Source of the DNA: Candidatus Bathyarchaeia archaeon
GTDB lineage: Archaea > Thermoproteota > Bathyarchaeia > Bathyarchaeales > Bathycorpusculaceae
Assembly: GCA_050015395.1 (NCBI GenBank)
Contig: JBEKBM010000037.1
Span: 1 to 17,409 of the forward strand
DNA length: 17,409 nt
Direction: 5' to 3'
Shown: piece after piece, positions 1 through 8,490 of the stretch
Numbering within the stretch: position 1 is the first letter of the stretch
How the letters are laid out: every line of letters begins with the position of its first letter
Position numbers and translations under genes: made by a program
The notes under the pieces: model-generated
What the model was told of the DNA's origin: nothing
The model's input: only the letters and a program-made list of their open reading frames with translations
Databases searched by the model: none

Positions 1-58
1 CAAGCTTTCTGAAGGCTCCCCTAATGTCAGGAGATAACCTCACACCATCACCAGACAA
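1..58 (-). CDS. Possible N-terminus of a gene running off the left edge (MSGDGVRLSPDIRGAFRKL...)
   Basis: Open minus-strand frame from TTG at 58 to the window edge, divergent from the YHS gene. Too short to identify. Confidence 0.3.
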   Translation of the reverse strand, partial: MSGDGVRLSPDIRGAFRKL

Positions 59-172
59 CCTATTATGCCTGCACTAAGGATAAAAGGTGTAACGTTAGAA
101 AGTTGACTTTACACTACCATTAACCATAAAAGGCAGAAAGTAGAATAATTGCATGAGGCTTTAAAAAAAATA

Positions 173-319
173 ATGACGTTTAGAGATCCAGTTTGCGGCA
201 TGGTTCTTAACGAGGATACTGCTAAATTTAAAATTACTTATGAGGGTGAAACGTACCATTTCTGCAGTCTCGTTTGCAAGAAACGATTCAAGAGGCATGC
301 CACAAAATTCGTCAAATAA
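173..319 (+). CDS. YHS/TRASH-domain small metal-binding protein, 48 aa (absent from the ORF track)
   Basis: Manual translation gives MTFRDPVCGMVLNEDTAKFKITYEGETYHFCSLVCKKRFKRHATKFVK*. The DPVCGM...YxFCSxxC pattern is the YHS/TRASH signature. Confidence 0.9.
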   Translation: MTFRDPVCGMVLNEDTAKFKITYEGETYHFCSLVCKKRFKRHATKFVK

Positions 320-320
320 T

Positions 321-365
321 ATTTTGCTTTAACTAAAAAAAGAAAGGGATTGGTTGTTTTTTAGG
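321..365. terminator. Probable oligo-T termination region shared by the convergent YHS and aquaporin genes
   Basis: A T-run on + (about 357-362) and an A-run (about 335-341, a T-run on -) lie between the two convergent stops. Confidence 0.35.
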
Positions 366-366
366 T

Positions 367-1104
367 TTATTTGAAGATTTTCCAGACAACAGCAGCTATG
401 AGTCCGCCAATTATTGGAGCAACCCAGAAGACCCAAAGTTGACCCAACGCTGTACCGCCAACAATTAGTGCTGGTCCTAAGCTTCTTGCAGGGTTTACTG
501 AAGTGCCATCTATTGGTATTGCCACAAGGTGAATAAGCACTAAGGTTAAGCCGATAGCTAATCCAGCGAATCCTTTAGGTACTCTTTCATGGGTTGAACC
601 GTGAACGACAAGCACGAATAAGAATGTTAAAACTACTTCAGCAACGAACACAGACGCCAAAGAATAAGTGGAATACTGGTTTGCGCCTAAACCATTAGCA
701 GCTAAACTATACGATGGGTTTCCTGTTGCTATCGCGTAAAGTATGCCCGCACCAATTATTGCTCCTACACACTGGAAAACAACATAGAATATTGTGTCTT
801 TTACGCTTAGTCTTCCAGCAGCCAACATTGAAATTGAAATAGCAGGGTTTATGTGACAACCAGAAACGCTGCCTATCGCGTAAACCATAGCTAACACAGC
901 AAGACCAAAACAAAAAGCAATTCCCACGTTTCCAATGGCTTTGCCTGCAATAACTGCGCCGCCGCAGCCCATCAGCACTAGCACCATAGTTCCAATCAGT
1001 TCAGCGATGTATTTTTTTGTAGGATTAATTTGAGGTGTTGCCGGTGAAGGGTTTGGTATTTCTGTTAATTTTTTTTCTACTTCGCCCATTCTTTGTTTCC
1101 CCAT
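367..1104 (-). CDS. aqpZ: Aquaporin (MIP family, AqpZ-like)
   Basis: Two NPA boxes (SGCHINPA, GTSVNPARS), six hydrophobic segments and the AELIGT / AEVVLT motifs. The start could instead be the second Met (1089). Confidence 0.92.
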   Translation of the reverse strand: MGKQRMGEVEKKLTEIPNPSPATPQINPTKKYIAELIGTMVLVLMGCGGAVIAGKAIGNVGIAFCFGLAVLAMVYAIGSVSGCHINPAISISMLAAGRLSVKDTIFYVVFQCVGAIIGAGILYAIATGNPSYSLAANGLGANQYSTYSLASVFVAEVVLTFLFVLVVHGSTHERVPKGFAGLAIGLTLVLIHLVAIPIDGTSVNPARSLGPALIVGGTALGQLWVFWVAPIIGGLIAAVVWKIFK

Positions 1105-1140
1105 TTTTTCTGATTTAGCTCTCTGTTTTCTAAGTTAGCG

Positions 1141-1156
1141 CTTATAATTGTTTCCG
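1141..1156 (-). promoter_or_regulatory. Putative archaeal BRE/TATA promoter of the aquaporin
   Basis: Minus strand reads CGGAAAACAATTATAAG, a purine-rich BRE followed by TTATAA about 38 nt upstream of the ATG at 1104. Confidence 0.5.
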
Positions 1157-1175
1157 TGAAGAAAAACAGATTAGC

Positions 1176-2453
1176 CTAAAGTTTCTCGCTTGTTGAAACA
1201 TCCATCATCATAAGTCCCGAAACCATCTTGGGGTAAAAATCCGTGCTTTTTTCAGGCAAAAGTTCATGTTGCTGCGCTATCTCCGCAACGGTTCGGGCGC
1301 TTATCGGGTTAACCATAAACGCAATGCTGGCTTCTCCACAGTTAACTTTGTCCACCGCTGCCCGTGTCCACCGCACGTAGATGATGTTTTCATCCATGTT
1401 TAATTCGCCTGTTTTGAGGATATGCTTGAAAACGATGTCTCGAAGTATGACTACGTCGAAAATTTTTGTTTCTTTAGAAACGTTAGCGGTCACAAAATCA
1501 TAAACGTTTTTGTCATGCTTCAAGGATAAACCGTAAGCTTTCGAGCCGTCATAAACGCAGAAAGCATGCTCATCAACATGGCTTTTCAAAAAATCCTCTA
1601 TGGCTTCCACGGTTGCCTCAATTTCTGAAATGTCAAAGAAGCGTTTGAATCCTTGCAAAACTTCATCAGTTAGCTTAAATTCCTTAAGGAGCCTGTGCGT
1701 GGGCAAAACAACAAGTCCTTCCTCTTGAACTGGTACCATGTAGCTCATATGGAAATTAAACGCTGAATCCGATGTCCAACTTCCTTTACTGCGCATTTCG
1801 TCTCGGTAAGCCAATGCGCTCTCGTACCTGTGGTGTCCATCGGTTATCACCATGGTTTTGCCGCTTAGGTTTGCTTGCAGCTGTTTTATTTTTTGTGAGT
1901 CAGTAACTCTCCAGACGGTATGCTTAACTTGCAATGAGTCAGTAACTTGGATTATCGGTTTAGTCTTTGCCGCTTCCTGCAGGAAAGCGATGGTTTTTCG
2001 TTCTGGATCCGAATAAATTAGAAACACTGGTTCAAGGTCTTTTTGGACGGTGCGCAGCATGTTTAGCCGGTCAGCTTTTGGCGCTTTGTACGTGCCCTCA
2101 TGGGGGAACACCATGTTTTCGCTGTACTCGTAAAGGCGCAGGGCAGCGATTAATCCTGTGCGCTCGTATTTTTTGCTGTCTAAGCTGAATTCTTGGCGTG
2201 AAGCGAAAACTGCAGTTTCATTTTCCTCAGCTAATATACCTTCTTTTAGCCACTGCTCAATCCGCTGCTGTGCCATTTGGTACTTGTTTTCTTCCATTGG
2301 CAGAATCAGTCGGCAATAATTGTAGGGTGATTTCTGGTAGTATTCTTTTTGCGTTTCTGCATCTATTTTATCGTATGGTTGAGTTATGAGGTTCTCTGGA
2401 TTACCTGCTTTTTGCGTGTACCGTATGGCTTTGAAGGGTCTAATGTCAACCAA
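1176..2453 (-). CDS. DUF1015 family protein (ParB/Srx-like fold, uncharacterised)
   Basis: N-terminal IRPFKAIRY..PYD, internal PHEGT, TDGHHRY and LPTHR, and C-terminal PEKSTDFYPK..SGL are typical of DUF1015. TTG start lies 10 nt after the serA stop. Confidence 0.85.
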   Translation of the reverse strand: MVDIRPFKAIRYTQKAGNPENLITQPYDKIDAETQKEYYQKSPYNYCRLILPMEENKYQMAQQRIEQWLKEGILAEENETAVFASRQEFSLDSKKYERTGLIAALRLYEYSENMVFPHEGTYKAPKADRLNMLRTVQKDLEPVFLIYSDPERKTIAFLQEAAKTKPIIQVTDSLQVKHTVWRVTDSQKIKQLQANLSGKTMVITDGHHRYESALAYRDEMRSKGSWTSDSAFNFHMSYMVPVQEEGLVVLPTHRLLKEFKLTDEVLQGFKRFFDISEIEATVEAIEDFLKSHVDEHAFCVYDGSKAYGLSLKHDKNVYDFVTANVSKETKIFDVVILRDIVFKHILKTGELNMDENIIYVRWTRAAVDKVNCGEASIAFMVNPISARTVAEIAQQHELLPEKSTDFYPKMVSGLMMMDVSTSEKL

Positions 2454-2463
2454 ACGTTTCAGC

Positions 2464-3363
2464 TCACGGTGTTTTTTCCAGCGCTTCTATAACAGCTTTA
2501 GCTATTTGTACACTTGCCTTTAACTGCGCTTCATATGTTTGGGCACCCATGTGAGGTGTGGCAATCACGTTGTTTAGCGTTAAGAGTTTGCTGTTTTTTG
2601 GCGGTTCTTCCTCAAAAACGTCCAATGCAGCGCCTTTAACCTTTCCTGATACTAATGCTTCGTAGAGTGCATCTTGGTCTACGACTCCGCCGCGGGAGCA
2701 GTCAATTAGCATTACGCCGTCTTTCATCATGTTAAACTCTTTTGTGGAAATCATGTGTTTGGTGTGGAGCGTTAATGGTGTGTGGATTGTGATGAAGTCT
2801 GCTTGGGGCAGCATTTCAGCTAGGGGCACAAATCGGTCGTAGACGCATTCTTCAACGGGGAGTACTTTCATGCCCAGGGATATGGCTAAGCGTTCAACTG
2901 TTTTTCCAATGTAGCCGCAACCGATTACGCCCAGCGTTTTGCCGTTGACTTCTGTGCCAATTAATTTTTCTTTTTCCCATTTACCCTCACGCAAACTTAC
3001 GGTTCCTTGTACGATTCCTCTTGCAAGCGCCAGCAAGTGACCTATTGTTAATTCTGCAACGCTCATGTATGAAACATGCGGAGTGTTCACCAAGGCGATG
3101 CCGAGGTTTTTGGCTTTTTCAAAGTCAATGTTGTCTAAGCCTTCACCTGCGCGTCCGATTACTTTGAGCTTTTTCGCATTATCTAAAAGTTCTCCTTTAA
3201 CTTTGGTTGCTGACCTTACGATTAATACGTCATAGTCAGCTATTATTTTGGGAAGTTCAGTTTTCGGCGTGTCCCATGCCCGGGTTACTTGATAGCCTTT
3301 TTCTTCGAGAAGTTTTATGCCTTCTTCGAATATTCTGTCGCTTATTAGGATTTTGAATGTCAC
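2464..3363 (-). CDS. serA: D-3-phosphoglycerate dehydrogenase-like D-2-hydroxyacid dehydrogenase, no ACT domain
   Basis: VRSAT, GRAGEGLDN, Rossmann GCGYIG, catalytic R (CSRGG), E (FEEEP) and H (TPHMGAQT). Likely start is GTG at 3363, overlapping the upstream TGA (GTGA coupling); the ORF track starts at 3375. Confidence 0.8.
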   Translation of the reverse strand: MTFKILISDRIFEEGIKLLEEKGYQVTRAWDTPKTELPKIIADYDVLIVRSATKVKGELLDNAKKLKVIGRAGEGLDNIDFEKAKNLGIALVNTPHVSYMSVAELTIGHLLALARGIVQGTVSLREGKWEKEKLIGTEVNGKTLGVIGCGYIGKTVERLAISLGMKVLPVEECVYDRFVPLAEMLPQADFITIHTPLTLHTKHMISTKEFNMMKDGVMLIDCSRGGVVDQDALYEALVSGKVKGAALDVFEEEPPKNSKLLTLNNVIATPHMGAQTYEAQLKASVQIAKAVIEALEKTP

Positions 3364-4436
3364 GTTAATCCCCAAATAGAATCAATTATGCTTATGACTT
3401 CTCTGATTCCTGACAGGTTCCATTCGCCCATGTGTCCGATGCGGAAGGTTTTCTCAGATAGTTTGCCGTAACCGTTAGATATCATGTAGCCTTTCTCGCC
3501 GAGCTTCTGGTTGAGTTCCTTAACGCTTTTGCCAAGAGTGTTTTTTATGCAGCTAACAGTTATCGATTCATAGCTTGGTTCAGAGAACATCTCAAAATGT
3601 TTTTTCGCCCACTGCTGTGTATACCGAGCCATTTCCAGGTGGCGCTGGTAAACTTTGTCGTATGTTTCTTCCAGTAAAAGGTCCATGCGCTTATTCAAAG
3701 CGTAGATTAAGGGTATGCATGGGGTGAAGGGAGTTTGGTGTTTTTTCTCAAACTCGAAGATTTCAACCATATCCGTGTATGTACCTCTGTTTGGTACTTG
3801 TCGTGCTCTTTCGATTGCGCGGTCGTTGACTAGTGCAACCGTTAATCCTGGTGGTAGAGCGAAGCATTTCTGGGTTGAAGCAAAAATGATGTCGCAGCCG
3901 ATTTCTTTGGGTAAGGTTTTGTCTCCTGCCATTGAGGAAACCGCGTCAATTGCGTAGATTACGTTTGGATATTTTTTGCGTACGAGTTTGCCTATTTCAC
4001 TTATTGGGTTTCTTACACCTGTAGAGGATTCATTGTGGCAAACCGTTAATGTGTCATATTCACCGCTGTCAAGTTTTTCAGCTATCATTTCTGGTTTGAC
4101 AGCTTTGCCCCATTCAACCTCTAGAAAATCAGTGTTTTTGCCGCATGCACGTAGGGTTTTAGCGTATCGTTGGGAGAAAGCGCCGTTTACGCATGCTAAC
4201 GCTTTTTGTTTAACTATGCTTCTACCGACTATGTCAAACCAAAGTGTTCCTGAGGAAGTGGTAACTGTAGGTTTGACATCTGCAGGTAACTCGAAGTACT
4301 TGCTTAGTTTAGCGGTTATTCCGCCGTATAGATCTGAGAATTCTTTCTCTCTGTGACTTATAAGTGGGTGAGTTTGCTCGTTGAGTATTTCTTGGCTGAC
4401 TTCTGTGGGGCCAGGAATCAAGAGTTTCTTGTGCAT
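3360..4436 (-). CDS. Class-V PLP aminotransferase (alanine-glyoxylate/serine-pyruvate type; probable archaeal-type phosphoserine aminotransferase)
   Basis: LLIPGPT, SHR, HNESSTG, DAVSS, PLP lysine in STQKCFALPPG, FRIGHMG. Start at MHKK (4436) fits the family N-terminus and the TATA position. Confidence 0.88.
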   Translation of the reverse strand: MHKKLLIPGPTEVSQEILNEQTHPLISHREKEFSDLYGGITAKLSKYFELPADVKPTVTTSSGTLWFDIVGRSIVKQKALACVNGAFSQRYAKTLRACGKNTDFLEVEWGKAVKPEMIAEKLDSGEYDTLTVCHNESSTGVRNPISEIGKLVRKKYPNVIYAIDAVSSMAGDKTLPKEIGCDIIFASTQKCFALPPGLTVALVNDRAIERARQVPNRGTYTDMVEIFEFEKKHQTPFTPCIPLIYALNKRMDLLLEETYDKVYQRHLEMARYTQQWAKKHFEMFSEPSYESITVSCIKNTLGKSVKELNQKLGEKGYMISNGYGKLSEKTFRIGHMGEWNLSGIREVISIIDSIWGLT

Positions 4437-4467
4437 GCTTAAATCCTTCCAGCAAGAAAGTTTAACA

Positions 4468-4486
4468 TTTAAAATATAAGGGTTAT
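4468..4486 (-). promoter_or_regulatory. Putative TATA box for the aminotransferase-serA-DUF1015 operon
   Basis: Minus strand reads CCCTTATATTTTAAA about 35-45 nt upstream of ATG 4436. Confidence 0.45.
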
Positions 4487-4671
4487 GTGCGGTAAACAGT
4501 GTCTTTTTGCCTTCAATAGCTCTCAAACTCTAAAACGTGTTCAACTAGTCAAACTAGCAATTAACGATGCAAAACTTGTTTGTCAATTTGAAATATATCG
4601 AGATTAGCAAGCTGATTCATAAATACTTACACTAAATCAGTATTCAGAAGAGAAAGCGAGAAGGCGACCTC

Positions 4672-5016
4672 ATGTTAAAGAAAGCGATAATTCCCAGTTT
4701 ACTTCTAATCATCATGGGTGCAATAGACTGCTTAACCACTGTTATAGGCGTTCTATACTCTGGAGCTACCGAGTTAAACCCCTTCATGGCGGGCATAGTT
4801 AGCACAAACATTGGAGCCTTTTTAGTCGTCAAAATTGCAGCTACCCTATTCATTGCTTTTACATACATTTTAGCAAACAGAACTTTGATAAAAACCCCGA
4901 ACAAAGGTAGCAAATCCTTCAAATATTCTTCCAAATTCTTAAAAGTTGCCTATGCCGGCATCATGGTATTTATGGTTATAGTAGTTGCAAATAACCTTTT
5001 AATCCTCTTGGCGTAA
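4672..5016 (+). CDS. Small multi-TM membrane protein, DUF5658-like
   Basis: D-x-x-TT-x-x-G...G-x-x-E-x-NP motif (DCLTTVIG..GATELNP) and 3-4 hydrophobic segments. Confidence 0.7.
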   Translation: MLKKAIIPSLLLIIMGAIDCLTTVIGVLYSGATELNPFMAGIVSTNIGAFLVVKIAATLFIAFTYILANRTLIKTPNKGSKSFKYSSKFLKVAYAGIMVFMVIVVANNLLILLA

Positions 5017-5194
5017 GCAGAAAGATAGGGCAAAAATTCGGCACTTTACTTCCCGGTCAACCCTATGATTTGCAATACAGATTAGTAAAACATAAATAAA
5101 ATATTCAAGCGTATTACAGTTAGAATTCAGAGTTAAAAAATTAAGAAATGCTTAACTGTTGCAACCCTTAATACTATGTGGTTGGGAGAGGAAA

Positions 5195-5683
5195 ATGAAA
5201 TTTAGCCTATTCCGTAAACCCAAACAACAAGCAGAACCCGAAAATGCAGCCGTGCCTCCACAAGAACCCAAAGAAGAAACAACTGCTGTCTCCGAAGAAC
5301 CGAAACAAGAAGCAACCGCGCCTCAGCAACCTGCGCCAGCACAAGAAACCGTGGTGCCCTCTCAAGAGCCAAAACGAGAAGCCGCTGAAACCCTGAACAA
5401 AACCTACCTTAAAGCCATGCCTCTCAAAGAACTTACCGACATTGATAACGTAAAGAATGAAGTCAAAAACGGAAATATTATCATTTTACGTGTTACGCCT
5501 CTTGCAAACAAAAGCATTGACGAAGTAAAGACTGCCGTAAACCAGCTCTACGAATTCACTGAATCCGTCGGCGGCGACATTGCACGCTTGGGGGAAGAGC
5601 GAGTGGTTATTTGTCCAAAAAATATCAGGATTTGGCGCGAAAAAACGCCTGGTTCTAATGAGCCTTTGCCTACAGCAGCCTAA
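5195..5683 (+). CDS. sepF: Cell division protein SepF (archaeal, DUF552-type) with a long P/E/Q-rich linker
   Basis: C-terminal core EVKNGNIIILRVTPL...VGGDIARLGEERVVICP and N-terminal amphipathic MKFSLFRK. GGGAGAGG SD-like sequence precedes ATG 5195. Confidence 0.8.
   Translation: MKFSLFRKPKQQAEPENAAVPPQEPKEETTAVSEEPKQEATAPQQPAPAQETVVPSQEPKREAAETLNKTYLKAMPLKELTDIDNVKNEVKNGNIIILRVTPLANKSIDEVKTAVNQLYEFTESVGGDIARLGEERVVICPKNIRIWREKTPGSNEPLPTAA
5252..5380 (+). repeat. Degenerate intragenic repeats (EPK-x-E units) in the SepF linker
   Basis: GTGCCTCCACAAGAACCCAAAGAAGAA (5252-5278) resembles GTGCCCTCTCAAGAGCCAAAACGAGAA (5354-5380), with a third EEPKQE unit between them. Confidence 0.6.
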
Positions 5684-7595
5684 AAGTTTCTAATATTGCT
5701 GGAACAACGGTGTTAATGCCTACTTTGTTGTCTAAGTAGTTAGCGAAGTTTATGGTTTTCTGTTTTTCTCCGTGGACAACAAATATTCGCTCTGGCTTAG
5801 GCGTAAGATGGGTCAAATAATTAACTAGTTGCCGCCTGTCTGAGTGACCTGAGAAACCTTCAATTGATTCGTTTTGCATTTTAACCTGTAGCGCTACCAT
5901 TTTGCCGTCGTTATCCATCATGGTTACTTCCCCTACGCCTTTTTGGACTCTTCTGCCCATGGTGCCTTCAATTTGGTAACTGACAAAAATTATCGTGTCC
6001 CTCTCGTCGCCTGCCCAGTTCTTGAAGTATTCTATTACTGGTCCACCCTCAAGCATGCCTGAAGTCGCCAAAACAATGCATGGTTCTCCTTCAATGATGC
6101 TTTCTCTTACGCTTGGATGCTCCACGATGGTGAAGTAGTCGCTTTGGAATGGGTTGATTCCTTCGTGTAGGATGCTGTGGCGGACTTCTCTTCCTAAGTA
6201 TTCTGGGTAGGCTGTGTGGATGGCTGTGGCTTCGCTGATCATGCCTTCGATGAAAACTGGTGCTTCCTTCATGAGGCCGCGTTTCATGTAGCCGTCGATG
6301 ATGAGCATTATTTCTTGGGCTCTGCCGACTGCTGGTACTGGGATTAGGACTTTGCCTTTGCGTTCTAAAGTTTGATTTATGATGCGTGTCATAGCTTCTT
6401 CAGCTTCAACCCTGGAAGGCATAATATCATCTGCCCCACCATAAGTGCTCTCAGTAATCACAGTTTCAATGCGCGGAAACTCCGTTGCTGCAGCTTCCAA
6501 CAGCATAGTCCTAGCAAACTTGTAGTCGCTTGTGTAAACAATATTATGTAAGCCTTCGCCAATGTGCAAGTGAACCATAGCACCGCCCAAAATGTGACCC
6601 GAATTATGAAGTGTCAAACGAATGTCTGGCGCAATGTCGGTGACAACACCATACCTAAGCGGAATCGTGTGCAAAACGCATTCACGTACATCTTTTTGGT
6701 CATAATGCGGTGTAACACCCTGTTTGCCGGCTACGTCCAAATAATCCAACTGAAGCATAGTCATCAAATTCGAAGTTGGTCCAGTACAATAAATCGGTCC
6801 ATCATAACCATACTTGTATAGGAACGGCGCTAAACCGCAATGGTCAAGATGTGCATGGCTAATAACCACAGCATCCAACGAATCTATCTGGAATTCTGGA
6901 CAATCAAACCTTGGAAACGCTTCAAAAGGCCGATTTGAACCAGGATTAATGCCGCAGTCTAAGAGTACACTACTTTCCCGAGTTTTAATTAGGAAGGCTG
7001 AACGACCAACTTCTTGTGCTCCACCGAGAACGGTCATGCGTACGTCGCCGACCTCATAACTTTTTGGTCTAAATATTCTCTCGCCTACGGTGCGGAGGAT
7101 TCTTTCTCGCTCTTTGCTTTCAGAATGCAAGTAATGCCGCATGTGAGTAACAATCTTCGACTTAATCGGCGGGCTACGCAAGACATGTGGGCGCCACTTA
7201 GTTTTCTTTATGATTTCCTGCAGAACTGCCCCGTTTCTTCCAATTACCAAGCCAGGCTTTTTGGTTTCAATTATTATTTCGCCAAGGCTTGGGTCAAAGT
7301 TTATGTCTGTAATTTCAGCTTCAGGAGGGATTAGTTCTCGAGCGATTTTTTCTGCCTCAACCTCAGGTATTCTAACTGACGGGTCAGGGCGTATAACTAT
7401 TCTTTTGCGAATTACACCGACGATTTCAGCCACTATGCTGCTTTGATCAACCAAAATCTCAGGTTTCTTAGTGTAAACCGCAAGCATGGGTCCTTCATAT
7501 TCGATTCTGGTTACTTCTGCCTCTCTTGGAACCTTCTCCAAAATATATTGGCTAATTTCTATCTTTTCTCTGTCTTTTTCTTGAGTTCGCGCCAC
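5670..7595 (-). CDS. fttA: beta-CASP ribonuclease aCPSF1 / transcription termination factor FttA
   Basis: N-terminal KH domains (EYEGP, KKPGLVIG), GGAQEVGRS, SHAHLDH MBL motif, GHILG, ESTYG, GFSGHSD, VHGE. 641 aa, directly downstream of psmB as in the conserved archaeal pair. Confidence 0.95.
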   Translation of the reverse strand: MARTQEKDREKIEISQYILEKVPREAEVTRIEYEGPMLAVYTKKPEILVDQSSIVAEIVGVIRKRIVIRPDPSVRIPEVEAEKIARELIPPEAEITDINFDPSLGEIIIETKKPGLVIGRNGAVLQEIIKKTKWRPHVLRSPPIKSKIVTHMRHYLHSESKERERILRTVGERIFRPKSYEVGDVRMTVLGGAQEVGRSAFLIKTRESSVLLDCGINPGSNRPFEAFPRFDCPEFQIDSLDAVVISHAHLDHCGLAPFLYKYGYDGPIYCTGPTSNLMTMLQLDYLDVAGKQGVTPHYDQKDVRECVLHTIPLRYGVVTDIAPDIRLTLHNSGHILGGAMVHLHIGEGLHNIVYTSDYKFARTMLLEAAATEFPRIETVITESTYGGADDIMPSRVEAEEAMTRIINQTLERKGKVLIPVPAVGRAQEIMLIIDGYMKRGLMKEAPVFIEGMISEATAIHTAYPEYLGREVRHSILHEGINPFQSDYFTIVEHPSVRESIIEGEPCIVLATSGMLEGGPVIEYFKNWAGDERDTIIFVSYQIEGTMGRRVQKGVGEVTMMDNDGKMVALQVKMQNESIEGFSGHSDRRQLVNYLTHLTPKPERIFVVHGEKQKTINFANYLDNKVGINTVVPAILETFRLL

Positions 7596-7600
7596 AGATT

Positions 7601-8245
7601 TTAACTTCCTGCTTTAAGAAGTACGCTTTTTTCGTCTTCTGATAATTCGCGGTAACCGTTTTTGTCGATCACAGTGATGTTGTAATTGTTGCCGCTTGCA
7701 ACATCCCGTTTCATAGCTGCGTTGACAGCTTTAACAATTATGGGTAACAACTCAGCAATACTCATGCCTTCACGGTAATTATCCTCAAGTATACCATAAG
7801 CTATTGGTGAACCGGAACCTGTTGAAACCGACTTTTCCTCAGTTAAGCTTCCATACGGATCCAAATTGTAAACGTGTGGTCCAGTGTCATCTACGCCGCC
7901 TATTAGAACCTGCGTCGCTAAAGGCATGTAACGTGCAGAAAACAGCAAGTTAGCAACAAGCCTCGCTGCCGCGCTAACCGGCATCGGCCTGTTCATGTTT
8001 ATCTTGTAGAGCTGCGCGTTAGCCGTAAGTATATCCACGACTTTTTGAGCGTCCGCCACAGTTCCAGCAATAGTCATGCCTAAATGATCATCGATTTTGT
8101 AAACCTTTTTCCCGAATTTATGAGCAACATAGAAACCCATCGTTACCCTTGTGTCTGAAGCTAAAATTACGCCATCTTTGCAGACGACACCTATCGTAGT
8201 TGTTCCTTTAAGGACTAATTGACTAGCTATATTATTTTGTGACAT
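7601..8245 (-). CDS. psmB: Proteasome beta subunit (propeptide, then catalytic Thr)
   Basis: LKG|TTTIG cleavage site, ASDTR, AGTVADAQ, TGSGS, KRDVASG. GGGGAG SD precedes ATG 8245; the ORF track starts at 8308. Confidence 0.95.
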   Translation of the reverse strand: MSQNNIASQLVLKGTTTIGVVCKDGVILASDTRVTMGFYVAHKFGKKVYKIDDHLGMTIAGTVADAQKVVDILTANAQLYKINMNRPMPVSAAARLVANLLFSARYMPLATQVLIGGVDDTGPHVYNLDPYGSLTEEKSVSTGSGSPIAYGILEDNYREGMSIAELLPIIVKAVNAAMKRDVASGNNYNITVIDKNGYRELSEDEKSVLLKAGS

Positions 8246-8490
8246 AGTTTTGTGCTCCCCTAAAACTCCGTTTCGCGGATTGACATCAACACTAGGAAGT
8301 AGCATCATGTAATCTTTCCGTGGGATTTATTAATATTGCGCTTCGAGGTTCTGTTAACTTGGTGGGAGATTTGGATAAAAGAGTTTTCGGTGTTAACTGT
8401 CGTTAGATAAACTGTTTATACGGTTCTGTGAAGTCTTCGTTTGGTTTGGGGTTCATGTGAAAAACCGTTTGGTGCTTTAAGTATGCAATC

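Noticed and set aside
3715-7446. Antisense ORFs within the aminotransferase, DUF5658-like gene and aCPSF1
   Set aside because: They are shadows of well-supported genes on the opposite strand.
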